A stretch of DNA of 62,316 bases, filler included, from an uncultured Gemmatimonadota bacterium (GTDB lineage Bacteria > GCA-2686955): NCBI GenBank assembly GCA_964490075.1. It is 3 parts of 3 records of this genome, joined end to end, with 100 filler letters (N's around TTAATTAATTAA, not from the genome) between each part and the next. Parts side by side here need not be neighbours in the genome. Positions count along the whole stretch, not along the records: positions 1 to 22,327 come from CAZBBK010000080.1; 2 more parts are not named here. One strand, 5' to 3'. A program made the position numbers and the translations under genes. The stretch's first letter is position 1. Every line of letters begins with the position of its first letter. Under the pieces are notes generated by a model. The model did no database searches, was not told the origin of the DNA, and saw only the letters and a program-made list of their open reading frames with translations. Positions 11,245 through 20,349 of this stretch are shown here, one piece after another.

Positions 11245-11470
11245 CGTGGTTCTCCTCTGCGGCTCGCGGAGGAACTCGAAAGAACGGGAGTGGTGGCGTT
11301 TTGACGCGGCCGCATTCAACGCCAGTATAGGCCGAAGATCGTCGGGATCTTGCCAGCGGCCGCTTCGATCATCGCGCACCGACTGGAGACCCAACGCGAT
11401 TCGCGAGCGGAAGGCGGGGTTAGGCTGTGCTGCAGTGCCTCCCGTCCCGTTCGAAGCCGAGGTTTCGACA

Positions 11471-13462
11471 ATGCGCACTTTGCTCTCAGCCTTGTCCTTG
11501 CTCGTGTTCGGATCGGCACCGGCCCTGCCCCTCGCGCCCTGCTGGCAGATCGCCCCCGCGGCCGAAACCGGTCTCGTGATCACCGTCGACATGGCCCCGC
11601 CAACGGTCGTGGAGGGCGGCGACTGGGTCGGTGTTCGCTGTCCCGGCGCGACGCCCGTGCAGCGGGTGGGCGCGCCGGAGCTGCCGGTGCTCACCAAGCT
11701 GATCGCCGTTCCGGCCGGCTGCACGCCGCGGGTGGTGGCGGTAGAGCTCGACGGCCGGCGGCGGCAGCGTCTCGAGCGGCCGGTGGCGCCCCATCGCGCC
11801 GATATCCCGAAGCTGCTCCCGCCCGCACCCCGGCCCTATCGCCCCGATCCTTCCATCTACGGCCGCGACGCCTCCTTCCCCGAGCGTCGCGCGCGGATCC
11901 GCGAGTGTGCCGAGCTGCGCGGACAGCGCCTCGCCGTGCTCGAGGTCTATCCCGCCACCTACCACCCCCTGACCCGAGAGCTCGCCTGGACCACCTCGAT
12001 GCGGGTGGAGCTCGACCTCGGAGACGCCGCTCACGACCCGGCCAGCGCACGGCCGCGCCACTCTCTGAACTCGCCCTTCGCCGATCTTCTGGCCGAGCAA
12101 TGCCTGGGCGTGGAGAGCAATCGTCGGGTCCCGCCGACGGCGGATCCCGACTGGCCCAATCCGCTTCCCCTCGTCTACCTGATCGTCAGCGCCGACCGCT
12201 TTCTGCCGCAGGCCCAAGCGCTTGCGTCGTGGAAGAAGAGGAAGGGATTCGAGACCCATGTGACACCGATCTCCGAGATCGGCAGCACCCCGGGCGATAT
12301 CATCGCCTTCGTCACCGAGGCCTACCAGACCTGGGCCGCACCGCCTTCCTATCTTCTGCTCTTCGGCGATACCGACACCCTGCCGGCCGATCGTGGCGAC
12401 ACCTCCCTTTGGGGACTGTTCCGCCACAAGACCGACCTGCACTATGCCTGCGTGGACGGTGCCGACTATCTTCCCGACCTGGCCTACGGCCGCTTTCCGG
12501 TGCGCACCACGGCGCAAGCGGAGGCGATGGTGCAGGCGATCGTGGCCTACGAGAGCTACGGTCTGGCGCAGAGCGATTGGCTGAACCAGAGCGTGTTCAT
12601 CGGCGGGGAGGACTCCGCCCACTGGCAGCTCGCCGAAGAGACGCACCGCTATGTGATCGAGAACCACACCTATCCGGCCGGAATCGACTTCACCGCGATT
12701 CGCGGGCATTTCGGCGGCTCCACGGCCGATATCAGCGATGCAGTGGATGCGGGCGCGATGATGGTGGCCTACTCCGGCCACGGCGCCGCGAATCGATGGG
12801 CCGATCCGTTCTTTTCCCAAAACCATGTGCGCGCGCTGACCAACGCCGGTGAGCTGCCCTTGGTGCTGAGCTTCGCGTGCGATACCGGTCGCTACGATCG
12901 CGACGAGTGCTACGGAGAAACCTGGGTCCTACAAGGTGATACCGGCGGTCTGTGCTTCTACGGCGCGTCGAACTCCTCGCTCTGGGATGGTGACGACATT
13001 CTCGAACGACGCATGTTCGACGTCGTCTTCGATACTCCCCATACGACCGTAGGCGAGATGGTCCTGGGTGGCCAGCTGCACCTCTTCCACAGCGGCTACG
13101 GTCGCTCCCACTACTACTACGAGATGTACAACCTGATGGGCGACCCCTCGGTCGACCTTTGGTTTGGCGAGCCGCAGCCCTGTGAAGTGTCTCATCCGCT
13201 GAGCTTCTCGCCCGGCGATCAGCAAATCACGATCGAGGTCGAGGTGGAGGGAGAGCCCGCACAGGGAGCGTGCGTGTGCGTTTCGCGTGAGGATGACGTA
13301 TTTCAAGTGGCGGAGACGCTCGATGGCGCTTGCGACTTCTCCTTCTATGCCGGTCCAGGAGAGGATCTCTTGGTGACGGTCACCGCCGCGGGCGTTGCTC
13401 CTTACCTGGGGGAGATCGGCGCCGCGGAGCCGCGCTCCCCTCGCTCCAAAAAACACCGCTGA
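11471..13462 (+). CDS. C25 family (gingipain-like) cysteine peptidase with propeptide
   Basis: Signal peptide; propeptide motifs GAPELPV and LRGQRLAVLEVYPATY; WKKRKGF; DLAYGRFPV; catalytic YSGHG and SFACDTG; YNLMGDPS. Confidence 0.92.
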   Translation: MRTLLSALSLLVFGSAPALPLAPCWQIAPAAETGLVITVDMAPPTVVEGGDWVGVRCPGATPVQRVGAPELPVLTKLIAVPAGCTPRVVAVELDGRRRQRLERPVAPHRADIPKLLPPAPRPYRPDPSIYGRDASFPERRARIRECAELRGQRLAVLEVYPATYHPLTRELAWTTSMRVELDLGDAAHDPASARPRHSLNSPFADLLAEQCLGVESNRRVPPTADPDWPNPLPLVYLIVSADRFLPQAQALASWKKRKGFETHVTPISEIGSTPGDIIAFVTEAYQTWAAPPSYLLLFGDTDTLPADRGDTSLWGLFRHKTDLHYACVDGADYLPDLAYGRFPVRTTAQAEAMVQAIVAYESYGLAQSDWLNQSVFIGGEDSAHWQLAEETHRYVIENHTYPAGIDFTAIRGHFGGSTADISDAVDAGAMMVAYSGHGAANRWADPFFSQNHVRALTNAGELPLVLSFACDTGRYDRDECYGETWVLQGDTGGLCFYGASNSSLWDGDDILERRMFDVVFDTPHTTVGEMVLGGQLHLFHSGYGRSHYYYEMYNLMGDPSVDLWFGEPQPCEVSHPLSFSPGDQQITIEVEVEGEPAQGACVCVSREDDVFQVAETLDGACDFSFYAGPGEDLLVTVTAAGVAPYLGEIGAAEPRSPRSKKHR

Positions 13463-13520
13463 GCTCCGTTACACTGTTGAGATCGACTCGTTTGCTCACC
13501 CCACCGACCCGGAGAGACCG

Positions 13521-15347
13521 ATGACCGGACTCCTCTACACGCTGGCGACGGTCGCGACCGTCGCTACGGCATCCGCCACGCCCGGCCAGCTCACGGCCGT
13601 CCCCCGACCGACGGACCAAGCCGCCACCACCGCCCGAGCGAGCGACGCACGGATCCGCGCCAAGCTCCGCGCCGACCTGGCGGAGGTCCTCTCGAGTGCC
13701 GGCCCGGAGGCCCGCGTCCCCATCACGATCGTGTTGCGTGACCAAGTGCCCCGGGAGCAGATCCTGGCGGCGCGGTCGATTGACGACAAGGTCGCGCGCC
13801 GCGCCCACGTGATCGGGACCTTGAAGTCGTTCGCGGCCAAGAGCCAGGCGAATCTCGTGGCGGAGCTGCGGCGGCACAGGGCGACGGGATTGGTGGAGCG
13901 GCTCGATCCGATGTGGATTCACAACCTGGTGGCCGCCCGGGTGACGCCCGAGCTCGCCTACGCGATCGCCGCCCGCGCCGACGTCGCCCATCTCAACCAT
14001 GACCGCCCGGCGGGAGCCGAGATCTTCCCCGTCCTCCCCGCCGATGAAGCGGCCGGCGACGAGGAGATCGAATGCGGCGTCGACCTGATGCGCGCACCCG
14101 AAGTCTGGAACGACTACGGAATCGATGGTGCGGGTGTGATCGTCGGCGTGATCGACACCGGCCTCTGCTTGACCCATCCCGACATTGCCGACCAGCTCTG
14201 GACCAACCCCGGTGAGATCGCCGGCAACTCGGTCGACGACGATGGCAACGGCTACGTCGACGACGTCTACGGGTGGAACTTCCAGCACGACAACAACAAC
14301 GTCAGCGACTACGAAGGCCACGGCTCGCACGTGGCCGGTACCGTGGCGGGCGACGGAACTCAGGGAACCCAGGCCGGTATGGCGCCCGGCTCCCAGGTCA
14401 TGGTACTCAAGTTCTGGAACGACTTCTCGGGCGAGCAAACGGTCTGGGACGCGCTGGAGTACGGAACGGAAAACGGTGCCGACATTCTCACCGGCAGCCT
14501 CGGTTGGCCCCCTTCCCGGAACCCGGACCGCGTCACCTGGCGCACCATTTGCGAGAACTCCATGGCGGCGGGCGTGGTGGTGACCTTCGCGGCCCACAAC
14601 TACGGCTGCTCCAACCCGCCCGACGACGTCACGACACCCGGCGACGTGCCCGACATGATCACTGTCGGCGCGGTCGACTGCAGCGACAATAAAGCGAGCT
14701 TCAGCAGCTGCGGCCCGAGCACCTGGGAAGGGGTTTTCCCCTGGAACGACTGGCACTATCCGCCCGGCAAGCTCAAGCCGACGATCATGGCACCTGGAGT
14801 CAGCACCAAGTCCCACAGCTACTGCTCCGGCTACACTTCAAAGAGTGGAACCTCCATGGCCACCCCGCACGTGGCCGGCGCCATGGCGCTGATGCTCAGC
14901 GCCAACCCGTACCTCGACCACTGGGACTGCAAGCAGATCCTCAAAGCGACGGCGCTCGATCTGGGTGTCGCGGGTCCCGACAACTCCTATGGCTATGGCC
15001 GTGTCGACGCCTACCAGGCGGTCCAGCTCGCCATGCAGGGGGGCGGCTTGCAACTGGAGCTGAGCGGCTCCTGTCCCGGCATCATGACGGCGACCGTCAC
15101 CGGGGCGACTCAGGAGGATCGCATCGCGTTCGGATATGGAACCACGCGCGGACTCGGCCCCAAGATTCCGGGTTGCGTAGGCCTCTGGGCCAGTGTGGTC
15201 GATCCGGTGCTGATCGGCGTCGTGGAAGCCGACACCAGCGGCGCGGCCAGCATCATCGCTGACGTTCCCGCTGCCGCCTGCGACAAACTGTGGATCCAGG
15301 CCGTCAACCTGGATGGCTGCAAGAGAAGCAACGTGCTACGGCCCTGA
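13521..15347 (+). CDS. S8 (subtilisin) family serine peptidase, secreted
   Basis: Catalytic triad motifs VIDTG, HGSHVAGT and GTSMATPHVAG; signal and propeptide; Cys-containing C-terminal domain. Confidence 0.95.
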   Translation: MTGLLYTLATVATVATASATPGQLTAVPRPTDQAATTARASDARIRAKLRADLAEVLSSAGPEARVPITIVLRDQVPREQILAARSIDDKVARRAHVIGTLKSFAAKSQANLVAELRRHRATGLVERLDPMWIHNLVAARVTPELAYAIAARADVAHLNHDRPAGAEIFPVLPADEAAGDEEIECGVDLMRAPEVWNDYGIDGAGVIVGVIDTGLCLTHPDIADQLWTNPGEIAGNSVDDDGNGYVDDVYGWNFQHDNNNVSDYEGHGSHVAGTVAGDGTQGTQAGMAPGSQVMVLKFWNDFSGEQTVWDALEYGTENGADILTGSLGWPPSRNPDRVTWRTICENSMAAGVVVTFAAHNYGCSNPPDDVTTPGDVPDMITVGAVDCSDNKASFSSCGPSTWEGVFPWNDWHYPPGKLKPTIMAPGVSTKSHSYCSGYTSKSGTSMATPHVAGAMALMLSANPYLDHWDCKQILKATALDLGVAGPDNSYGYGRVDAYQAVQLAMQGGGLQLELSGSCPGIMTATVTGATQEDRIAFGYGTTRGLGPKIPGCVGLWASVVDPVLIGVVEADTSGAASIIADVPAAACDKLWIQAVNLDGCKRSNVLRP

Positions 15348-17270
15348 TCAAGAACCGCTCGTCCTGCCCCGCACCTCCGCCCCACCTCCATCCACGAAAG
15401 TCCGCAACCACTCCTCCAGCAGCACCGCACGCCAGATCAGCTTGTGGTGGTCCGCGTCACCACGCAAGTGATGCTGGTAGAGATCGCGAAACAGATCCGC
15501 GTCGAGGATGCCGCGTTCGCGCACCCGCGCCGAGTGCAGGCGGTCAGCGACGAACTCGCGCAGAGCGCCCTTGAAGAGCGCAGCGAGCGGCGTCGGGAAG
15601 CCCATCTTGGGGCGCTCGACCAGGTCGCGCGGCAGGCCGCTGCGCACCGCGGCCTCCTTCACCACGCGTTTGGTGCGCCGCCGCTCGTCTGCCAGCCAGG
15701 CGGGCGGCAGACTGGTGCTCAACTCGACCAGGCGGTGGTCCAGGAAGGGCACCCGCAGCTCCAGCGAGGCCGCCATGCTCATGCGGTCGGCCTTGATCAG
15801 GATGTCGTTTGGCAGCCAGGTCTTGAAGTCGAGATGCAACATGCGCCGCAGCGGGTGATACCCCTGCGAGCGGGCGTAGAGCGAGCGGATCGGTGCAAGC
15901 GGATCGTAGCCCGCGGCGGAGTCGCGGAAGGCGGCGTGGTAGACGCGGTCGCGGAGCCGGAGGTCGTAGAGGTGAGCGCCGGTGTAGCGCTCCGGCAGTG
16001 GGCGCCCCAGCAGATCCAGCACGCGCTCGTAGCGCGGGCGTGAGCCGAGCGCGCCGCGCGCCACGCCCTCGAGTCCACCTCGCAGCCACGCCGGGAGCCT
16101 CCGCCAGCGCTCGATGGCCAACATCACTCCGTAAGTAGGGTAGCCGGCGAAGAGCTCGTCCGCTCCTTCGCCCGAGAGAATCACCGTCACATCCTCGCGC
16201 GCCAGGCGGGCGATGGCGTAGAGCGGCAGCGCCGCCCCCTCGGTCACCGGCTCGTCCATGTGCCAGACGAAACGAGGCACGAACTCGAGGAAGTCGGTCG
16301 GCGAGAGAATCGCGTCGCGCGCCCGGGTCCGAGCCAGCGCGGCGACCCGCCGGGCGTGCTCGAGCTCGTTGTAGTCGGGGCCGTGGTCGAAACCGATGCT
16401 GAAGGTCTTGACCCCTTCGCTGCCGCGCATCCCCGCCATCAATGTCGTCACCAGGCTCGAGTCGACGCCGCCCGACAGGAACACTCCGAGCGGCACGTCG
16501 GCCCGCAGTCGCAGGCGCACCGCATCTTCCAGCAGCGCCCTCACCCGATCGACGCCGCTGTCGAAGCTGGGTGGTGGATCGCCGCCCTCGAGAGGAAGGT
16601 CCCAGTAGCAGCGGCGGCGCACGCCGGCAGAGTCCGCGGTCCAGGAAAAAGTGTGGCCTTCTTCGGCCTTGCGCACGTTGGCGAGCAGCGTGCGGGGCGT
16701 GGTGGTGTAGCCGAGGGTGAAATACTGATCCAGGGCCTCGGGGTCGAGGCGCGGCTCGAAGTCGGGGATCGTGTAGAAGGCCTTCAGCTCGCTCGCGAAG
16801 GCGATGCCGCCCGGGATGTCGGCGATGTAGAGCGGCTTGATCCCGATCCGGTCGCGCGCCAGAAACAGGCGCCGCGTCGAGCGCTGCCAGAGCGCGAAGG
16901 CGAACATCCCGTTGAAGCGCTCGACGCAGCTCTCGCCCCAGATGCCGAAGGCCTCGAGGATCACCTCGGTGTCGGAGCGGGTCCGAAAACGGCCACCGAG
17001 CCCCTCCAACTCCGCGCGCAGCTCCACGTGGTTGTAGATCTCGCCGTTGAACACACACACCCGGTCCCCGTCGACGCTGGTCATCGGCTGATCGCCGCCC
17101 TCCAGGTCGACGATCGCCAGGCGCTGGAAGGAGAAGCCGAGTCCATCCTCGCAGAACACCCCGTGGCCGTCCGGCCCGCGGTGCGCCTGGATCCGCGCCA
17201 TCGCCCGCAACACGTCGTGCGCCGGCGCGCGTCCCCGGTCGCGGTAGTAGATGCCGGCGATTCCGCACAT
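15348..17270 (-). CDS. asnB: Asparagine synthase (glutamine-hydrolyzing) family amidotransferase
   Basis: N-terminal MCGIAG, HRGPD, FNGEIYN, LSGGVDSS, SGEGADELFAGY, ELRVPFLD. Confidence 0.95.
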   Translation of the reverse strand: MCGIAGIYYRDRGRAPAHDVLRAMARIQAHRGPDGHGVFCEDGLGFSFQRLAIVDLEGGDQPMTSVDGDRVCVFNGEIYNHVELRAELEGLGGRFRTRSDTEVILEAFGIWGESCVERFNGMFAFALWQRSTRRLFLARDRIGIKPLYIADIPGGIAFASELKAFYTIPDFEPRLDPEALDQYFTLGYTTTPRTLLANVRKAEEGHTFSWTADSAGVRRRCYWDLPLEGGDPPPSFDSGVDRVRALLEDAVRLRLRADVPLGVFLSGGVDSSLVTTLMAGMRGSEGVKTFSIGFDHGPDYNELEHARRVAALARTRARDAILSPTDFLEFVPRFVWHMDEPVTEGAALPLYAIARLAREDVTVILSGEGADELFAGYPTYGVMLAIERWRRLPAWLRGGLEGVARGALGSRPRYERVLDLLGRPLPERYTGAHLYDLRLRDRVYHAAFRDSAAGYDPLAPIRSLYARSQGYHPLRRMLHLDFKTWLPNDILIKADRMSMAASLELRVPFLDHRLVELSTSLPPAWLADERRRTKRVVKEAAVRSGLPRDLVERPKMGFPTPLAALFKGALREFVADRLHSARVRERGILDADLFRDLYQHHLRGDADHHKLIWRAVLLEEWLRTFVDGGGAEVRGRTSGS

Positions 17271-17273
17271 GAC

Positions 17274-18272
17274 CTATGCCTGGCCGGCGGTCCCGACGAC
17301 GCCGACCGAATGGCGCCATTCGTTGTCGAGCGTGACCTCGCGAGCGGCGCCGAGACCGACGTCCCGGAACAGCGCCAACACCTGTTCCGATGTGTAACGA
17401 TATTGGTAACGTGGCGAGAAGTTGTCGAAGAGCGAGATCAGCCGCTCGCGACGCGAGAACTCGCCGATCGGGCTCTGCTCTCCGCGCAGCCGCGCCACCC
17501 CCCGCACCGCCGCGGTGTGCAGCGGCAGGGCAGCCTCGCAGAGCCGCATCGTCCAGCGCGGAGGCAGCCGCGAAGTGCCGGCGCGCAGCAATGCGTTCGG
17601 GATGCCGATCCACGGCTCCCGCTTGCGGTAGAGCTGCACGTAGATCTTGCCGCCATCCTCCAGGCGCCGCGCCAGCTCCGCCAGCCCGAGTGCCGGCGCC
17701 GGGGTGTGGTGCAGCACGCCGATCGACATGATGAAGGGGAAGACGCCGCGGACGAAGGGCGGCTGGAGAATGTTGCCGTGCACGTAGTGCACCCGCCCGG
17801 ACTCGTTCTCGGGTAGCCCCAGGCGACGCTGCTCGGCGCGAAACACGCCGGCGCTCATGTCGAGGCCTACGGTCTCGCAGCCGAGCCCGGTCGCCGCCGC
17901 CGTCAGCGCGCCGTGGCCACAGCCGGCGTCGAGCAGAAGCCTCCCGTCGAGCGCGCCTGGCTCCACGTCGAGAATCTCGGGGATCTCGCGCACCCGCAGA
18001 TCCAGATCCTTGAACCAGGTCGAGTCGCGGTAGTCGTAGGTCTGCCACTGCAATCCGAACGACTCCGACGTGCGCGGATCGATCGCGGTCCCCTCGCCCC
18101 CCACACCCGGGATCATGCTCGGCACGCCGTCGATGATCGGGTAGCGCTCTCCGCACCCGCAGGCCAGCTCACCCTCGCGAAGATCCTCGCCTGGCTCCAG
18201 CTCCGGGCCGCTCGACGCCAGAGGAGCCGCGCACGAGGGGCAGGCCAAGAGCTCCAAGAGGCGTTTTCTCAT
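17274..18272 (-). CDS. Class I SAM methyltransferase with an N-terminal Trm112-like zinc-ribbon
   Basis: MRKRLLELLACPSC...CGCGERYPIIDGVP; SAM motif LLDAGCGHG; SIGVLHHTP. Confidence 0.88.
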   Translation of the reverse strand: MRKRLLELLACPSCAAPLASSGPELEPGEDLREGELACGCGERYPIIDGVPSMIPGVGGEGTAIDPRTSESFGLQWQTYDYRDSTWFKDLDLRVREIPEILDVEPGALDGRLLLDAGCGHGALTAAATGLGCETVGLDMSAGVFRAEQRRLGLPENESGRVHYVHGNILQPPFVRGVFPFIMSIGVLHHTPAPALGLAELARRLEDGGKIYVQLYRKREPWIGIPNALLRAGTSRLPPRWTMRLCEAALPLHTAAVRGVARLRGEQSPIGEFSRRERLISLFDNFSPRYQYRYTSEQVLALFRDVGLGAAREVTLDNEWRHSVGVVGTAGQA

Positions 18273-18504
18273 CGGCGAGTGTCCTGGCGTCGGGGAGGGG
18301 GCACCCGGGGATTCGACCGGGTGGAAGTCGCTGGTGCGCGGTGCGTCGCCGGCATCGTATCGCGCGGCGCGGCATCGACCAAGCCCCGGCAAGGTCGTCG
18401 GCCCCTGGCACCCTCGGCGAATCCCACGAGGGGCGGCAGCCCCGCGAGAGGTTCATCTCCGGCTCCCATGCACCGCCGCGGATCAGACGCTCGAATTCCG
18501 CCTC

Positions 18505-20334
18505 TCACCACCCATGCGGCCGCTCCCGCACCAGCGGAAAGCCCTCCCGGCTGGTCAGGAGCCAACGATCGAGGTGCAGCTCGGGGGCCCCTTCCGGCAC
18601 GCGCAGGCGCAGCTCGTGCACTCCCGGATCGAGTGCCGCCGACCCGGCCGAGAGCCAGAGCCAGGTGCCGGGGGAGGGAGCGAGCTGGGGATGTGGTGAC
18701 ACAAGCGCTGCGCCATCGATGCTCGCCTCGAGCGCTGCGCGTGCCGGGGGTGCGTCATCGGCGAGCCGCAGCCGGATCCACAGGGTGGCGCGCATCGGCG
18801 CCGGCGCCTGGGTGCGGAAGAAGAGCTCTCCGGGGGCGGACTCGGCGACGCTCGGCGCCTCGGGACCGACGCGCAGCGCCCCTTCGACACCCGGCGCCGG
18901 GACCAGGTAGCGGTGCCCCCAGGCACTGGTGTCGGCACGCACGATCCAGCCGCCGCGCCGATTGGCCGTCTCCATCTCGCGGTACAGGTCCTTCTCGTAG
19001 GAGCCGGTGTGCCAGTGGTCGTACTGATACGCCGCGCATTCGATGCGATCCACCGACCACAGACCCGGGGTGTCGTAGACATGGATCTTCTGATCGTAGC
19101 CCTGGAAGAGGATATCGGTGTCGCCATCGCCGTCGAGGTCGGTGAGCTCGCCGCTGCCGTAATCGCTGGAGTTGGTGACGATCGGCCAGCCATCGACGGG
19201 CGTGGCGTCGATCTCCAGGGCCCAGTTGTAGGGGTAGGAGCCGCCCAGGTAGATCTCCATCTCGGGATCGCCGTCCAGATCGGCGACCAGCGGTTGGGTG
19301 CGGAAGTAGTTGGTGCCATAGAAGGGCCAACCCGGCGCGACGCTGCCGTCGACCCACCACAGGGTGGCGCGAGACGCATCGCTGCCGGCCACCAGACCGT
19401 CGGCGCGACCGTCGCGGGCGCCTACAGCGATCGGTGTTCTGAATACGTCGCTGCCGATCTCTCGAGGCCAGCCCTCGAGCATCCGGCCTTCGATATCCAC
19501 GGCGTAGACCTGGCCTCTGAAGCCGGCGATGGCGATCTCGGGCTCCGGGCCACCGCTCATGTCGACGAAGGAGGGGGGACAGGAGACCAGCGCTTGCTCG
19601 AATGTCGCCAGCACCAATGAGTCGCCGAATACGGTGCCGTCGTGGTGGATGGCGTAGATCCAGCCCGGGCCGTCGAACGGATACCCGTGACCAGTGAACA
19701 TGATCTCCAGGTCCCCATCGAGATCGAGATCTGTGACGCCTGCGCTCGCTTCTGTGGTAATTGAGAACTGGTGACGAAGATGGACTCGTTCACTTCCGTC
19801 ATGAGCGAATACGCGCACTTCGCCACGGCGATCCGGACGGGCCTGTCCCGCCACCGTCACCATCTCGAGCAGACCGTCTGCGTCGAGATCGGCGATCGTG
19901 ACCGCGTTGGGCACCAGCAAGGGGATCTCGATCGGCCATCCCTCCAACTGACTCCCGTCGCCTCGAATGGCCAGCGCGACCGATGAGTCGCCGACCATCG
20001 GCACAGCCACAATCTCCATGCGGCCGTCGTTGTCGAGATCGGCCGCGGTGAGAGGGCCGTCTTCGACCGCAGGGAGAGACACCGGCCAGCCAGGAAGAGG
20101 AGTCCCATCTGGTCGCCAGGCAGCGACACTCGGGTCGCTCCAATCCCACGAGCCTGCGACAACCTCCGGGTTGCCGTCCCCATCCAGATCGATGGTCACG
20201 GGAGCCCCTCCCCCCGATTTCCAGATCACGGGCCAACCGGTGTTCTCCGGAATCGAGTCCGCGAACGCCGAGCAATCCGCGTCAAGTACTAGGAACGCGC
20301 ACAGAGATAGACGGAGCAGGAGAGGCAGTCCCAT
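18505..20334 (-). CDS. Secreted FG-GAP/VCBS repeat beta-propeller protein
   Basis: Signal peptide and repeated DLDGDGxxE and GWP motifs. A GGAGG SD precedes the ATG. Confidence 0.88.
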   Translation of the reverse strand: MGLPLLLRLSLCAFLVLDADCSAFADSIPENTGWPVIWKSGGGAPVTIDLDGDGNPEVVAGSWDWSDPSVAAWRPDGTPLPGWPVSLPAVEDGPLTAADLDNDGRMEIVAVPMVGDSSVALAIRGDGSQLEGWPIEIPLLVPNAVTIADLDADGLLEMVTVAGQARPDRRGEVRVFAHDGSERVHLRHQFSITTEASAGVTDLDLDGDLEIMFTGHGYPFDGPGWIYAIHHDGTVFGDSLVLATFEQALVSCPPSFVDMSGGPEPEIAIAGFRGQVYAVDIEGRMLEGWPREIGSDVFRTPIAVGARDGRADGLVAGSDASRATLWWVDGSVAPGWPFYGTNYFRTQPLVADLDGDPEMEIYLGGSYPYNWALEIDATPVDGWPIVTNSSDYGSGELTDLDGDGDTDILFQGYDQKIHVYDTPGLWSVDRIECAAYQYDHWHTGSYEKDLYREMETANRRGGWIVRADTSAWGHRYLVPAPGVEGALRVGPEAPSVAESAPGELFFRTQAPAPMRATLWIRLRLADDAPPARAALEASIDGAALVSPHPQLAPSPGTWLWLSAGSAALDPGVHELRLRVPEGAPELHLDRWLLTSREGFPLVRERPHGW

Positions 20335-20349
20335 ATCTCATCCTCCACC

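Noticed and set aside
15348-17270. AsnB-like lasso-peptide cyclase (also 52203-54113)
   Set aside because: Both have an intact N-terminal Cys glutaminase domain, and no B protein, RRE or precursor peptide is seen.
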